The translations under genes and the position numbers were made by a program. From an uncultured Clostridia bacterium (GTDB lineage: Bacteria; Bacillota; Clostridia; Christensenellales; UBA1242): a stretch of 64,000 nt of DNA. The notes under the pieces were generated by a model, which did not search any database, was not told the origin of the DNA, and worked only from the letters and a program-made list of their open reading frames with translations. This document shows positions 39,252 through 50,482 of the stretch, in pieces; positions within the stretch are counted from its first letter, which is position 1; every line of letters starts with the position of its first letter. The DNA is taken from contig CALWRJ010000023.1 of the NCBI GenBank assembly GCA_944383915.1, positions 74,274-138,273 of the forward strand, read 5' to 3'.

Positions 39252-42200
39252 TTAAACCCACTCAATCGTAGGGTTTTGTCCACTAACGAGACTAAATTGA
39301 GCGCGTAGTCCATCAATGCGGTAAACAACATTATCAACAGGTTCAGTACTAATCAATATACTGTCTTGGTTAATCTTTGTGCTTGCGTTAGTTAAGAATT
39401 GAGCAATATCAAGACCAGCAAAACTTTGAGTTCTAAATGTTGAGCCTGTATTTACGCTTGTAGACGCATCACCCATTAATCTATCTAACTGCGTTACACC
39501 ACCATCGCTTCGATTCATATAAATACCATTTTCGACATAGTAACAGAAGTATACATTTCCAAAATCACCAATACCAAGAATTGAACCAGCAGTAATTTGT
39601 GTAGGTGTATTGCTTCCATAATACTCGTTGTATCTAATTTCACCAATATTTACACAACTTAAGATGTATGCACCTTGGTTTTGTGCACCAGCAATACCAC
39701 CGAGTGCCGAACTAATTCCAGTTGTTGTAACTGTTCCAAAGTTCATATCATATGTAACAAATCCACGGTAAATTGTACCAACGATACCACCTGCACTACT
39801 ATAACTTGAACCTTCACTCGTCTGTCTACGAGTAGTTGTAATTGTACCGTAGTTAATGTTTCCAGAAGTATAAGCATAGGTGTACGATGCGATTGTTCCG
39901 TCCTCATCAGTCATTTCGACACTATCAATAGTACCAACGATACCACCTGCTCTATAACCTGTTATTTCGGCTTGATTGCTTAGGCTTGTCATATTATCAC
40001 TACCGTTTACACAGTCGATAATTGAACCAGCAAGGTTGTATCCTGCGATACCGCCGACAAAGACTTCAAAGTTTTGTACGCCGATTGATTCAAGAGTAAT
40101 ATCTAGGAAGTTTTGACTGCTTTCAATGTGACCAAATCCCGAGTATTCACGAATAATGTGACCTTCAGGAGTGCTATCAAATACACCAGTCATACCAGCG
40201 ATACCACCAACATAAATATTGCTATTGCTTACTTGTCCAGAGAATACTGGAATATAGATGCTCGGGTCGCTCGGGTTGTGTCTATCAGCAAGTGAAGCGC
40301 CGTCCGAAATACAGTTTGTAATTAAACCGAAGTTTTGTTCTGCAAATAAGCCACTATAACTATTTTCACTCAAACTTGAAACATCAATACTGTATGCTTC
40401 CATTGTTAGATTTGTAATTACACCACCACGAGAATCAAATGCGTTGTTTTCATCAATTTCGGTGTCGTCATACTCGTTGTAAACAAGTTCAGTATCGGTT
40501 ACCGCTTGCCACCAACCATAACTTTCAGCGCCTGATACTTGAATGTTTGAAATCGTGTGGTTGCGTCCGTCAAAGCCACCTGTAAGGTTTCTTGAAATGT
40601 AAATTTCGTCAGCCTCGCCTGTATAGAATTCGGCAGGAATTGGATAGTTTGAAGTAGCGTCTGGAGAAGTTTGTTGAATTACCTCTAAGTCCTCTAATTC
40701 AATATCCTCCTCAAGCGCAAAGAATACTTCAGGGATCCAGTAAGCGAGTTCTAACTGCTCTAATGCCGAGTACGAACTATTTCCACCACTCTTAATGATA
40801 AACGGGTCGCTTACTGTACCTTGACCGCTGTCAAAGAAGTTAAAGTTTATATTTTGAACTTCGAGAGTATTACTACCAAACGCGTTACCTTGGCTACTTA
40901 ATACTGTAAGACTAATTCGCTCAAAGGTTGTGACATTCCAAAGCGCAATGTTGTCAACAGCCTCACTCGTGACTTTTTTGTATTTAATCTCGTCACTACC
41001 TCTTTCGGTGTACGCAAACAATACAACATCACCGTTGATACTTACTGTTTGATTTTCGCTAGATGCCTCGGGGTCAAAACCAACTATACCACATTCTGCG
41101 ATATCCCACACCAAACGAAGTCCAGGGCCATTTTCGGTATCAAGCCCAAACGAAGTTGCATTATCCAACTTGTATGCTGAGCAAAGGTACGAATCACTAT
41201 TTAAGTAAATCATTCCGCCACCCTGTGACGAAGGAGTTACTTGGTCAACAGTACCAGCGACATAGCCAGTAATATTATACTTTAATACGCCGTCCATTGA
41301 ACCATACCACGGGTTGTTGTCATTTGTGAGTGCTGTGTCGATATTTTCTTGTGAAATATTAATTGTCGGCACATTAAAGTAGTTTCCAATGTTTGTTCCC
41401 GTTCCGTCTGGGGCTCTATCTACGTCCCAGCCTTCCGTATAACCACCTACAGTTGTGCCTAGGTATCTAATATCAAGTGTTAAGTGCATTTTTACATCAA
41501 AATCAGTGTACTTGTCTTGATAATTTGCACCATAACGCCAAGCAAGTTGTCCCCAATCGTTGATAAACAATTCATTTTGGTAAGTTTCGTTATATTCAAT
41601 GTCAGGAAGTTTGATAATATTATTTAACTCCTCAGACCACTCGGTGTTTACATAACCTTGCGTTGCGCCTTGTGAAGTTGCAATATCGCCAGAGTATCTA
41701 ACTTTTATGTAGTCAAATGTCGAACCTTTTGCGTTTCCGTCCTCATCGAACGAATATGTGTTAACTGTTAAATTCCTAATAGGCTCAGGCTCGTCATTTC
41801 CACTGTAACGATATTCAATATCGTATCCAGCGGTCGAACCATTTGTAATTGCTTCCCAATTTAAAGCACCATTTGTAACATTAAAGTCCTCAATTTTCCC
41901 ACCATAAAGAATAGTAAATTGTCCGTAACTATCACTTGTAATATAAATAGTTTCGCTTGATGAACCTGTCCAAGTGTTACCAACAGAGTATAGACTTATA
42001 TAATATCTACCAGCACTTTCAAATTCTGCTTTTGCGTCAAATGATTGCGCTGTGCCATCTAATGCGTATGTGTATTGCCATTCGTCATTTACGCTCAAAA
42101 TATACGCGGTTGCGCCAGTGTCGTCAGTCCAAGCACCACTCACTTCGTCACGGATACCAAAATCAAACTCTCCGTTTACAATGCGCGAGTATGCCTCACT

Positions 42201-45200
42201 TCTGCCTTCGACTCTATCGTCATTTGGCGCGCTTAATTTTACAAATGGCTGTTTAGTCGAAATCTCGCTCGAAACATAACCGAGATTATAAGATAAACCG
42301 TCAACAGTGATTGTATTACTAGAAGCACCACCGATTAGAGTAAACTGCAAGTTGTATTGACCAGCATCAAGCCCAGTAATTGAGCCAGAATAATTACTTG
42401 CCTCACTGCTTGCTGGCACGCTAAACGCTGTACGCATAATGCTTTCGTCATTATTTGAAAGTAATGCATCATATCGAGTTACACCCTCGACTTTATTCCA
42501 CCAAACAGTACCGTCTTTTGTGTACCACCCGTCAAAACTTGCCTCGTTTTCAATTCCACCAGAAACAGTGTTTGGAGTAAATACTTCGAGTTTCTGCACG
42601 ATAAAGTTGCTTATTTCCCAACTCGATTCGATTAAGTTACTCGAATTACCAAGTGCTTTAAGTTGTACTTGATACATTACGCCTGCTTCAAGGTTGCTAT
42701 TATTCATATTAAAGGTATTTACACCGCTTGCAAGTTGAATATTTACTTGCGCTCCAGAATCAAGGCTATATGTTTCATTAGCATATGTTACAGGAGTAAA
42801 TATTAGTTGTGTACCTTTATCAAATTGATTTGTTTTATTTAGATAAATATTTCCGTCATCTTGGAAAGTTATAGACGGTGCACTGTATACATACGCACTA
42901 TAAACTGCGCTTTGCTGGCTGTATAGCAAGTGAACTGTCTTGCCATCTTCAATAGTTGAGCCTTCGTCAAGTAAAACTGCTTGAATGTAAAATCTCAAAG
43001 TACCAGCATCAAATTTTTCAATGTCTACTGAACCACCAGCACTATTTTGCGCTTGTCCGTTAAGGTTAAGAGAATACGAAGTAACGCCTTCACTTGCTGG
43101 CACAAAGTATGAAACTGTGCCTGTGCTTGAAACGATATCAATTCTAAAACGCATTAAGTCGCTTGCTGAAACTACACGCCAGGTTAACACAGGGTCACCC
43201 TGCCCGCCATCGCTTCTTGTCATTGTTACTCCAATTGGACGAGCAAAACGCTCTAGGTAGTAAGGGTCAGAAAGTTTACTATCAAGGTATCTATCTAAAC
43301 CAGTGTCATACCCTTTTCTTAAAATGCGTACAAAGTATTCCCCGCTTGCAAGATCAGGAAGTTGAATTGAGTTTGTACTTGCAGTTAAAGTATATCTCGG
43401 GTTTGTAGAATCGATAGGAAGCGTACTGCTGTATTCGTAAATATATACGGTATAAGTCGTAGTTACGCCCAAAGCCTCAGGCCAAGTAATTACCATACCG
43501 TCCATTTTCATATTATCCGCATCAACAGCAATCTGCGCTGGTTTATATACAGTATAAACTCTGTCGTCAGTCGGGTTGGCATCAGAGGGGCGCGTATAGT
43601 TTGCGCTCAATTCGCTATCGTACACTCTATCATAACTACTTACCGCTTTTATGCGAATATAGAGCGGAGTATCATAGAACGAACTAGGCAAATCGTCAAG
43701 CGTTGTCGAAGTTGCGTTATTTACCACAATATTAAAGTATTCGTAGCCACCATTTTCCGTTTGTCTTGCAATCGATAAACTATAAGTATTAATTCTATTT
43801 GAAACACCGTTTAATTCGCTATAAACCGCGTTCCAACTAACAACACCGGCCTTAACATCGAGTGTCGGTGTATCAAGTTTAAATACCTCGACATAACTTG
43901 ACGCATAACTTGTTAGATATCCATAACTTGATGACGAGTCTTGCGCGTTAAAGTTTGTACCAATCGCGTAAATCACAAATTGATATGCGCCAGAACTGAA
44001 ATCAAATTCCGTGCTTTCATCCCCTAACCCAAGAGCAACGGAGAAATCCCAAGACGGACTAGACGGATTGCTAGGAGAAACTATTGTCGTGTACGAAGGT
44101 TCGCTATCGCGAGTACGGTTTCCACTCGTTTCATCAACATTCACTCTATACAACTCAATACGATATTCATTAAGGCTTGTGTTACTTGCCGACCAGTAAA
44201 GAGTTGTGTCGCGAATAGTTACATTAGACGGAGTTGGAAGTTGTCGCACATTAAAGGCTTCGCTATAATTAGAATTTATAATAAATACCGAGTCATCTCC
44301 AACTACTGTTGGTTTAAAGTCACCGCTCAAATTTTGTTGAATTGTAACTTGAAGTCGTATTGAATAACTCATCGTGCTTGCAGTAAGTCCAGTAATTAAC
44401 GCGCTAGTCGAAGTAATATCAAGTATTGGACTGCTTGTGATACCGTATTCTTGCGAACCAACCATTAGCGAATATCTAATACCGGAGTGGTTAGCCTCAA
44501 CATTCGTATCATCAAAAGCGTCCCAAGTAATTACACCATTTTCAATACGCACATTTGTAGGTGTTGGCAACTGATAAGTCGTAATAGCATCAGACCAATC
44601 ACCATTTATGTATGCGCTTGACGAACTATTTATCGCGCGCACTTTAAATACGAAGTATCTATCCGTTGTAATTAAATCACCGAGATAATCTTCAAAATTT
44701 AGAGGTTGTTCTTGCGTAGTAAAATCAGGGATAACCGTGTCGCCGTTTCGGTTTGTAACCTGCACTTCAAAAGTGTTTGTATTAATTGTGTTTTTGAACT
44801 GGTCAATTCTATCCCAGGTTAATTCACCGTTTTCAACTCGTAAGTTGCTCGGTCTACCAAAACGCGTAATTTCGATACCTTGACTTTCGTCACTATTAAT
44901 AATTAAGTCGTTATCATTATTAATTGCCATAATGTAAGCAAAATAACTTGTTGACGCGTCAGGCATTTCAGTTGCGGTTGGCTCGTATGTATAAGCCGTT
45001 TGTCCAAGGCTTGTATCAACGGTTACGCTTGTGTTTTCATTATTAAAGTAAATTATGTATTGAGTTGCAGAATCAACCGCACTCCAAGTAAGTTGTCCAT
45101 TGCTTACCCCAAAATCACTCGGTGTCGCGATTTTTATAAATTTTTGCGAGTAAAGAGTCGGCGCAGAAGCAACATATCGGCTACTATCGTCACCTTCATT

Positions 45201-46811
45201 AGATGGATACGCTACAATTTTTAAAGAGTTGTATCCAACAGTCCAAAGTGGCTCTCCATTTAAAGTTTGATTGTAAAGAATTTCTACCGAAGTCGCGCTA
45301 CCTGTGTAAACGAGTTTATCAAGACTAGAAATATTTGCGTCAGAACTCGTTTCGCTTGTTGATGGACCTATGTAGACTTCATAAAAACCTGCATTGTCGA
45401 CAGTACCCCAGTTAATAGTATATAGAGAACTCTCGTCATTAGGGCTAATAGTTATACTATCCTCTTCTACCGAACGCAATTGTTGTTGCGCTGGTAAATC
45501 GCTAATATCACTATCAAGATAATATACACCACTAATATTTGCGTCAGGTGCAAGCGCGTACATATAAATATCAAAAGACACATACTCACTTTCATTAGGT
45601 CTATCAACCATATTTGCAAAGTCGTACATAGTTGGAGTCGAACTGCTTGCCGAGTGCGAAATATACCTATCAATAGTGCCACCGTTAACTGCATTGTAAC
45701 TTACATAAATCATATATGTAGTTGCATATTGAACGGTACTCCAAGTAAGTTGTTCAGTGTCGTTTACATGCGCGTAACTCAAATTTGTCGGTGCAGGCAA
45801 GCGCGATAACCTAATCGAAGTGCTATATTCCGAAGCAAAATAATTATTTTCGCTATCAGCAAGTGTCTGGATGCTTACCGCATAAATATTTGTAGACAAG
45901 TCGCGCGGAACGGAGATAAGCATATAATCGCTGTTTTCAGGGTCAGGTTCGGCGTCCGCAATTGCTTGTTGCCAAAGGCTGTCATCATTATCATTCATAA
46001 TTCCACTAACATTAGTAACGCGGACATTGTAATCACTAATATCTGTCGTCAAAGCAGACATTTTAAAACGCAAGAAGTATATGCGGTTGGTATTATTATC
46101 ACCACCCTCCACAACAAGCGAGTACTCACTCGGCGTAGACATTTGCGCAAAAGTATAAGTGCTACTTGCGTCCGAATCAGTATACATTATGCCATCACCT
46201 AACGCGCTTACACTAACCGTATAAACCGTGTCAGGTAAAAATTCGTCATAAGTCGTAGTAGGAATTGCCGAAGTCGTGGTTGTGCCTTCGCTAGTTGTAA
46301 TTGTCAAAACATATGACGGAACATAGTTACTATTAGACACATAGACAGGATTCCACACGATGCTATCACTCGCTTCGTCATAGTGAACATTTGTAGGAGC
46401 AGTCAATTTTTCTGCATTTTGGAAAACAGAAATTTGAATATTAGAAATATTAACATCTGCCCTATCTTGCGAAGTAATAGTAATTATTGTAGTACCAACA
46501 CCAACGGCGGTAACAAGTCCGTTTTCGTCAACAGTTGCTACATCAGTATTTGATGACGAATAATTTACCCCCGTGTTTGTAGCGTTTGATGGTTGAACAA
46601 CACACTCTATTTGATATGGCTCACCCGTTTCTAGTGACATTGCCACAGTGTAAAGTTCGCCCGCCTCTACGGTTTCACCCGTACTGGTGTTGATAACCTC
46701 GATATAGCCAGCAGAAATATAGTTTTCCGTATTTGATTCACCACAAGCAACAAAACAAAGTGGCGCCAAAACTATCATAAATGCCGACAACAACCATTTT
46801 TTAACTTGCAT
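39252..46811 (-). CDS. giant lipoprotein-like surface protein (2519 aa): Big_2-like, FN3-like repeats, C-terminal GLUG-like repeats
   Basis: The signal peptide has a lipobox-like CFVAC. There is a Big_2-like segment (SSSNTDVATVDENGLVTAVGVGTTIITITS). FN3-like modules are present (LPTPTNVRIENGVITWDAF, LPAPTNLSYAHVNDTEQLTWSTV). The C-terminal part has FDGRNHTISNIQV followed by repeated GGIAG/GGIVG units. Confidence 0.85.
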   Translation of the reverse strand: MQVKKWLLSAFMIVLAPLCFVACGESNTENYISAGYIEVINTSTGETVEAGELYTVAMSLETGEPYQIECVVQPSNATNTGVNYSSSNTDVATVDENGLVTAVGVGTTIITITSQDRADVNISNIQISVFQNAEKLTAPTNVHYDEASDSIVWNPVYVSNSNYVPSYVLTITTSEGTTTTSAIPTTTYDEFLPDTVYTVSVSALGDGIMYTDSDASSTYTFAQMSTPSEYSLVVEGGDNNTNRIYFLRFKMSALTTDISDYNVRVTNVSGIMNDNDDSLWQQAIADAEPDPENSDYMLISVPRDLSTNIYAVSIQTLADSENNYFASEYSTSIRLSRLPAPTNLSYAHVNDTEQLTWSTVQYATTYMIYVSYNAVNGGTIDRYISHSASSSTPTMYDFANMVDRPNESEYVSFDIYMYALAPDANISGVYYLDSDISDLPAQQQLRSVEEDSITISPNDESSLYTINWGTVDNAGFYEVYIGPSTSETSSDANISSLDKLVYTGSATSVEILYNQTLNGEPLWTVGYNSLKIVAYPSNEGDDSSRYVASAPTLYSQKFIKIATPSDFGVSNGQLTWSAVDSATQYIIYFNNENTSVTVDTSLGQTAYTYEPTATEMPDASTSYFAYIMAINNDNDLIINSDESQGIEITRFGRPSNLRVENGELTWDRIDQFKNTINTNTFEVQVTNRNGDTVIPDFTTQEQPLNFEDYLGDLITTDRYFVFKVRAINSSSSAYINGDWSDAITTYQLPTPTNVRIENGVITWDAFDDTNVEANHSGIRYSLMVGSQEYGITSSPILDITSTSALITGLTASTMSYSIRLQVTIQQNLSGDFKPTVVGDDSVFIINSNYSEAFNVRQLPTPSNVTIRDTTLYWSASNTSLNEYRIELYRVNVDETSGNRTRDSEPSYTTIVSPSNPSSPSWDFSVALGLGDESTEFDFSSGAYQFVIYAIGTNFNAQDSSSSYGYLTSYASSYVEVFKLDTPTLDVKAGVVSWNAVYSELNGVSNRINTYSLSIARQTENGGYEYFNIVVNNATSTTLDDLPSSFYDTPLYIRIKAVSSYDRVYDSELSANYTRPSDANPTDDRVYTVYKPAQIAVDADNMKMDGMVITWPEALGVTTTYTVYIYEYSSTLPIDSTNPRYTLTASTNSIQLPDLASGEYFVRILRKGYDTGLDRYLDSKLSDPYYLERFARPIGVTMTRSDGGQGDPVLTWRVVSASDLMRFRIDIVSSTGTVSYFVPASEGVTSYSLNLNGQAQNSAGGSVDIEKFDAGTLRFYIQAVLLDEGSTIEDGKTVHLLYSQQSAVYSAYVYSAPSITFQDDGNIYLNKTNQFDKGTQLIFTPVTYANETYSLDSGAQVNIQLASGVNTFNMNNSNLEAGVMYQVQLKALGNSSNLIESSWEISNFIVQKLEVFTPNTVSGGIENEASFDGWYTKDGTVWWNKVEGVTRYDALLSNNDESIMRTAFSVPASSEASNYSGSITGLDAGQYNLQFTLIGGASSNTITVDGLSYNLGYVSSEISTKQPFVKLSAPNDDRVEGRSEAYSRIVNGEFDFGIRDEVSGAWTDDTGATAYILSVNDEWQYTYALDGTAQSFDAKAEFESAGRYYISLYSVGNTWTGSSSETIYITSDSYGQFTILYGGKIEDFNVTNGALNWEAITNGSTAGYDIEYRYSGNDEPEPIRNLTVNTYSFDEDGNAKGSTFDYIKVRYSGDIATSQGATQGYVNTEWSEELNNIIKLPDIEYNETYQNELFINDWGQLAWRYGANYQDKYTDFDVKMHLTLDIRYLGTTVGGYTEGWDVDRAPDGTGTNIGNYFNVPTINISQENIDTALTNDNNPWYGSMDGVLKYNITGYVAGTVDQVTPSSQGGGMIYLNSDSYLCSAYKLDNATSFGLDTENGPGLRLVWDIAECGIVGFDPEASSENQTVSINGDVVLFAYTERGSDEIKYKKVTSEAVDNIALWNVTTFERISLTVLSSQGNAFGSNTLEVQNINFNFFDSGQGTVSDPFIIKSGGNSSYSALEQLELAYWIPEVFFALEEDIELEDLEVIQQTSPDATSNYPIPAEFYTGEADEIYISRNLTGGFDGRNHTISNIQVSGAESYGWWQAVTDTELVYNEYDDTEIDENNAFDSRGGVITNLTMEAYSIDVSSLSENSYSGLFAEQNFGLITNCISDGASLADRHNPSDPSIYIPVFSGQVSNSNIYVGGIAGMTGVFDSTPEGHIIREYSGFGHIESSQNFLDITLESIGVQNFEVFVGGIAGYNLAGSIIDCVNGSDNMTSLSNQAEITGYRAGGIVGTIDSVEMTDEDGTIASYTYAYTSGNINYGTITTTRRQTSEGSSYSSAGGIVGTIYRGFVTYDMNFGTVTTTGISSALGGIAGAQNQGAYILSCVNIGEIRYNEYYGSNTPTQITAGSILGIGDFGNVYFCYYVENGIYMNRSDGGVTQLDRLMGDASTSVNTGSTFRTQSFAGLDIAQFLTNASTKINQDSILISTEPVDNVVYRIDGLRAQFSLVSGQNPTIEWV

Positions 46812-47221
46812 AATGTACCTCTCTATTTTCTTATAATTTGCTTAATTTCGATAATTAAACAAAAAACAACAAAATTTTTGTCTAAAAATGTAAATTTTTC
46901 GTTGCGCTTTAAAATTTCTTACATTACTTTGCATTTAATAAAAAAACTAATGCGTAATTTGCAATACTAAAAGAATATTTAATCAACATATCATACACAT
47001 CACTTGTGTAATATGTAATTATCATACACATCACTTTTTTACCTTACTCGCAAAGTTAAAAAATACAAGTTTCCGCAACCGAATTAACAAATAACAAAAA
47101 TATTTCACAAACAGCCTTTTGCCCGACTTTTAGTCATATAAATTATATATTATTTAGCAATATTAAGTCAAATAATATACGCCATTTTTCCGCAATTTTT
47201 CGTTATTTTTTACAATAAAAA

Positions 47222-47595
47222 AAATTAGTCGCTACGCCCTACGGCTTCGCTTAATTTTGAATTGTGAATTTTGAATTTTGAATTATGGGGCGCGTGCGCG
47301 CAAGCCCCTAACAATTAGTAATTAGAAAGCTTATTCGCTACACTCAAATTAGCAATTAGCAGTTAAGGATGAAATAATTAGGAATTAGAAATTAGGAATT
47401 AGGAATTAAGGCTGAAATATTCTAATTATAAATTTTTGGTAATATTTCCTTAATTCACAATTCAAAATTAAAGCAAGCCGAAAGGCGAAGCGTACAGCCT
47501 TAACTGCTAATTGCTAATTCACGCTTTGCGTGGCAGATTGCTCATTGCTAATTCTCAACGGAGTTGCGGAAAGCGAAGCGTAAAAGGCGGAACGA
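47222..47595. repeat. mosaic intergenic repeat block R9
   Basis: AATTTTG/AATTGTG arrays, a GGGGCGCGTGCGCGCAAGCCCC hairpin, AATTAGC/AATTAGG arrays, the core, and a CACGCTTTGCGTG hairpin. Confidence 0.9.
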
Positions 47596-47597
47596 AT

Positions 47598-47627
47598 AAA
47601 CAAAAAACCGCCCAAAAAAGCGATTTT
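47598..47627 (-). terminator. possible terminator after degV
   Basis: AAAATCGC ... GCGGTTTT stem (one G-U pair) followed by TTGTTT. Imperfect. Confidence 0.4.
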
Positions 47628-48467
47628 CTATTTTAAATAATATAAAATTCCTATAGTATTTGGTCCACAGTGCGTGCCGACCGTACAGCCAGCCTCGGTT
47701 TCGTAAATGTTATCAAAAATGCTTGAAATTCGCGAACGGATACCTTCTACAACACTCGCATCAACTGGCGTGTGTGTGATAAAACAACGCGTTCTATCGA
47801 TGTTCGGGAAAGTCGTTAGGATATAGTCAATATACTTTGGAACGATTTTATCGAATTTCCCCATTAACTTGCTCCCTACCTTCATTTCGCCATCGCGAAG
47901 GACGATAATCGGCTTTATTTGAAGTAGTGATGCGCTAAATTTTGCAACGCCAGAACAACGCCCGCCCTTGTGCAAATAGTCTAGTTTATCAATCACAAAA
48001 CTAGCCTGCACAGAACTACGGCGCGTGGTAACCGCGTCAAAAACTTCGCTAGCAGTCTTGCCAGCATTAATTAAATCATTCGCATACAACATTTGGAGCC
48101 CCACACCTGTTGAAAGTGAGAGCGAGTCCACAACAAACACCTTATTATCAAACATTTGCGAAGCGGTGAGCGCGTTTTGGTAGAGCGTACTTATTTTAGA
48201 CGAAATAGAAAAATGGATAACCGCGTCATTGTCTTTTAACTGCTCCCTAAAAAACTCCTCAAACTCAAGCGGGTTGTTTGCCGAAGTCTTAGGTAGTACA
48301 GGGTTTTCCTTTAAAAATTTGTAAAATTCGTCTTGAGAAATGTCGCGAGAGTCACTATATTCCTTATCTCCAAGCGTGATATGTACAGGCAAAATCGCAA
48401 AATTATTTTCTTTAATTAATTCATTACCAAGGTCGCAACTTGAGTCAGCAGTAATCTTAATTTTCAT
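47628..48467 (-). CDS. degV: DegV family fatty-acid-binding protein
   Basis: 279 aa. The MKIKITADSSCDL start and overall DegV pattern (HKGGR segment) are present. Confidence 0.85.
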   Translation of the reverse strand: MKIKITADSSCDLGNELIKENNFAILPVHITLGDKEYSDSRDISQDEFYKFLKENPVLPKTSANNPLEFEEFFREQLKDNDAVIHFSISSKISTLYQNALTASQMFDNKVFVVDSLSLSTGVGLQMLYANDLINAGKTASEVFDAVTTRRSSVQASFVIDKLDYLHKGGRCSGVAKFSASLLQIKPIIVLRDGEMKVGSKLMGKFDKIVPKYIDYILTTFPNIDRTRCFITHTPVDASVVEGIRSRISSIFDNIYETEAGCTVGTHCGPNTIGILYYLK

Positions 48468-48540
48468 AAGCGCACCCCTATATAATTATACATAAATTAT
48501 GCCATATTTTATGCGAAAAATCAATTAATTTAGCACAATT

Positions 48541-48991
48541 TTTTGAATTATAAACTTCAGTCGCTTACGCTCCAATTTTGAATTAGGAATTTAATTCGCT
48601 ACGCCTTTAGCTTCGCTTAATTTTGAATTAGGAATTTTGAATTTTGAATTATGGCTGGAATTATTTAAATATAATATAATTTTATATCCAGCAATAACTG
48701 CTAATTGCTAATTCTTGCGTAGCAAGTTGCATAGTACTGCCTTTTGCTATTTTTGCGTATAATTTATATGCATAATACTATAATCTCATATCAAAAAAAC
48801 TTTGCATAATATTGCATTTTCATATCAAAAACACATGGCATAGTACCAATCCTGCATATTGCATAGTACTATTCCACACCCCTACTGCACAGCGCATAGT
48901 ACAATTAATTAATTTTGAATTATTTCTGGGTATATTATTTATTTTAGATAATAACTCCGCAATTCCTAATTCCTAATTTCTAATTTTTAAT
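48541..48991. repeat. mosaic intergenic repeat block R10 (also contains GCATAGTAC boxes)
   Basis: AATTTTG arrays, two core units, GCTAATT arrays, a CTTGCGTAGCAAG hairpin, four GCATAGTAC boxes and CCTAATT arrays. Confidence 0.9.
48725..48779 (+). repeat. ~55-nt direct repeat, copy 1 (downstream flank of glyQS)
   Basis: AGTTGCATAGTACTG...TTTTTGCGTATAATTTATATGCATAATACT matches 50606-50660 except for a few substitutions. Confidence 0.85.
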
Positions 48992-48997
48992 TATTTT

Positions 48998-50404
48998 TTA
49001 GTTATAAATTTTATCGTGCAAGTAGTCTTTTAAGTCGTCTATTTTTATGCGAGTTTGTTCCATTGAGTCGCGGTCACGAACGGTTACAGCGCCATCCTCC
49101 AAACTATCAAAATCGAATGTTATACAATACGGAGTACCGATTTCGTCTTGCCTACGGTAGCGCTTACCTATCGAACCTGTTGTATCGTACTCACAACGGA
49201 AGTGCTTGTTTAATTTTTTGAAAAGTTCGAAAGCGGGCTCCTCCAACTTTTTACTCAAAGGCAAAACAGCCACTTTTATTGGAGCGATGCTTGGTTTAAA
49301 ACCTAAAACAACGCGTTCGTCATCGGCGTCTAATTTTTCAACCCTATACGCACTGCATAAAAGCGCTAAAAACATACGGTCCACACCAACACTTGGCTCG
49401 ACAACATATGGAATATAACTTTCGTTCGTAAAAGGGTCTGTATAGGTTAAGTCCTCGCCACTGTAATTTTGATGTTGCGTTAAGTCGTAATTTGTGCGAT
49501 TAGCAATTCCCCACAATTCACCCCAGCCGAAAGGATATTTAAATTCAATATCGGTGGTCGCTGCGGAATAAAACACCAACTCCTCTTTTGAATGGTCGCG
49601 AAGGCGGAGCGAATTTTTATCAACACCGATATCAACTAGAAAATCGAAACAAGCAGTACGGTAATACTTGTGCCAATCGCTAGCCGAGTCTGGCTGGCAG
49701 AAAAACTCCATTTCCATTTGCTCAAACTCGCGAGTACGGAAAATAAAGTTTCCAGGCGTTATTTCGTTACGGAAAGCCTTACCAATTTGGCAAACACCCA
49801 TAGGCAACTTGCTACGCGTACTGCGCAACACATTTTTAAAGTTTACGAAAATTCCCCCAGCAGTTTCAGGGCGAAGGTAGACAGTGTCCTTATTCTCCTC
49901 CGTTACACCGATAAAAGTTTTAAACATCAAGTTAAATTTGCGAATAGGCGTAAAATCGCAAGTATTACAATTTGGACAAGTAATGTTGTTATTTTTGATA
50001 AAATCTTGCATTTCGGCATCATTCATCGCTTCTACACTGCCGATTTCTATTTTGTTACCCTTTTTCTCCTGCTCGCTTAACCAATTTTCGATTAATTTAT
50101 CTGCGCGGTGGCGAGTACGACACTTTTTGCAATCTATCAAAGGGTCACTAAACCCAGAAACATGGCCACTCGCTTCCCAAACGCGCGGATTCATAATTAT
50201 CGCGCTATCAAGCCCAACATTGTGTGGCTCCTCTTGTACAAAACGCTTCCACCACGCGCTTTTAATATTATTTTTGAGTTCGACACCTAGCGGACCATAG
50301 TCCCAACTATTAGATAGCCCCCCATAAATTTCACTACCGGCGAAAATAAAACCGCGATTTTTGCAAAGCGCAATTAATTCCACCATAGACAAATCGTCTT
50401 TCAT
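48998..50404 (-). CDS. glyQS: glycine--tRNA ligase (alpha2 homodimeric type)
   Basis: 468 aa. [24 protein letters not shown] near the start and the class II core motifs. AAGGAG RBS. Confidence 0.93.
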   Translation of the reverse strand: MKDDLSMVELIALCKNRGFIFAGSEIYGGLSNSWDYGPLGVELKNNIKSAWWKRFVQEEPHNVGLDSAIIMNPRVWEASGHVSGFSDPLIDCKKCRTRHRADKLIENWLSEQEKKGNKIEIGSVEAMNDAEMQDFIKNNNITCPNCNTCDFTPIRKFNLMFKTFIGVTEENKDTVYLRPETAGGIFVNFKNVLRSTRSKLPMGVCQIGKAFRNEITPGNFIFRTREFEQMEMEFFCQPDSASDWHKYYRTACFDFLVDIGVDKNSLRLRDHSKEELVFYSAATTDIEFKYPFGWGELWGIANRTNYDLTQHQNYSGEDLTYTDPFTNESYIPYVVEPSVGVDRMFLALLCSAYRVEKLDADDERVVLGFKPSIAPIKVAVLPLSKKLEEPAFELFKKLNKHFRCEYDTTGSIGKRYRRQDEIGTPYCITFDFDSLEDGAVTVRDRDSMEQTRIKIDDLKDYLHDKIYN

Positions 50405-50439
50405 TTTAGTATTACTCCTTAAAGAAAAATATTGAAAGT

Positions 50440-50468
50440 ACTATATCATATTTTTTAGTTTTTAGCAA
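50440..50468 (-). promoter_or_regulatory. sigma-70-type promoter of glyQS
   Basis: On the minus strand, TTGCTA (50463-50468), a 17-nt spacer, then TATAGT (50440-50445). The leader is only about 30 nt. Confidence 0.55.
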
Positions 50469-50482
50469 GCAACTTATTAAAT

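Noticed and set aside
25676-46202. Numerous 60-110-aa ORFs on the plus strand, or in other minus frames, inside the giant ORFs
   Set aside because: They are antisense or overlapping shadows of very long, clearly coding frames. They have no RBS and low-complexity translations.
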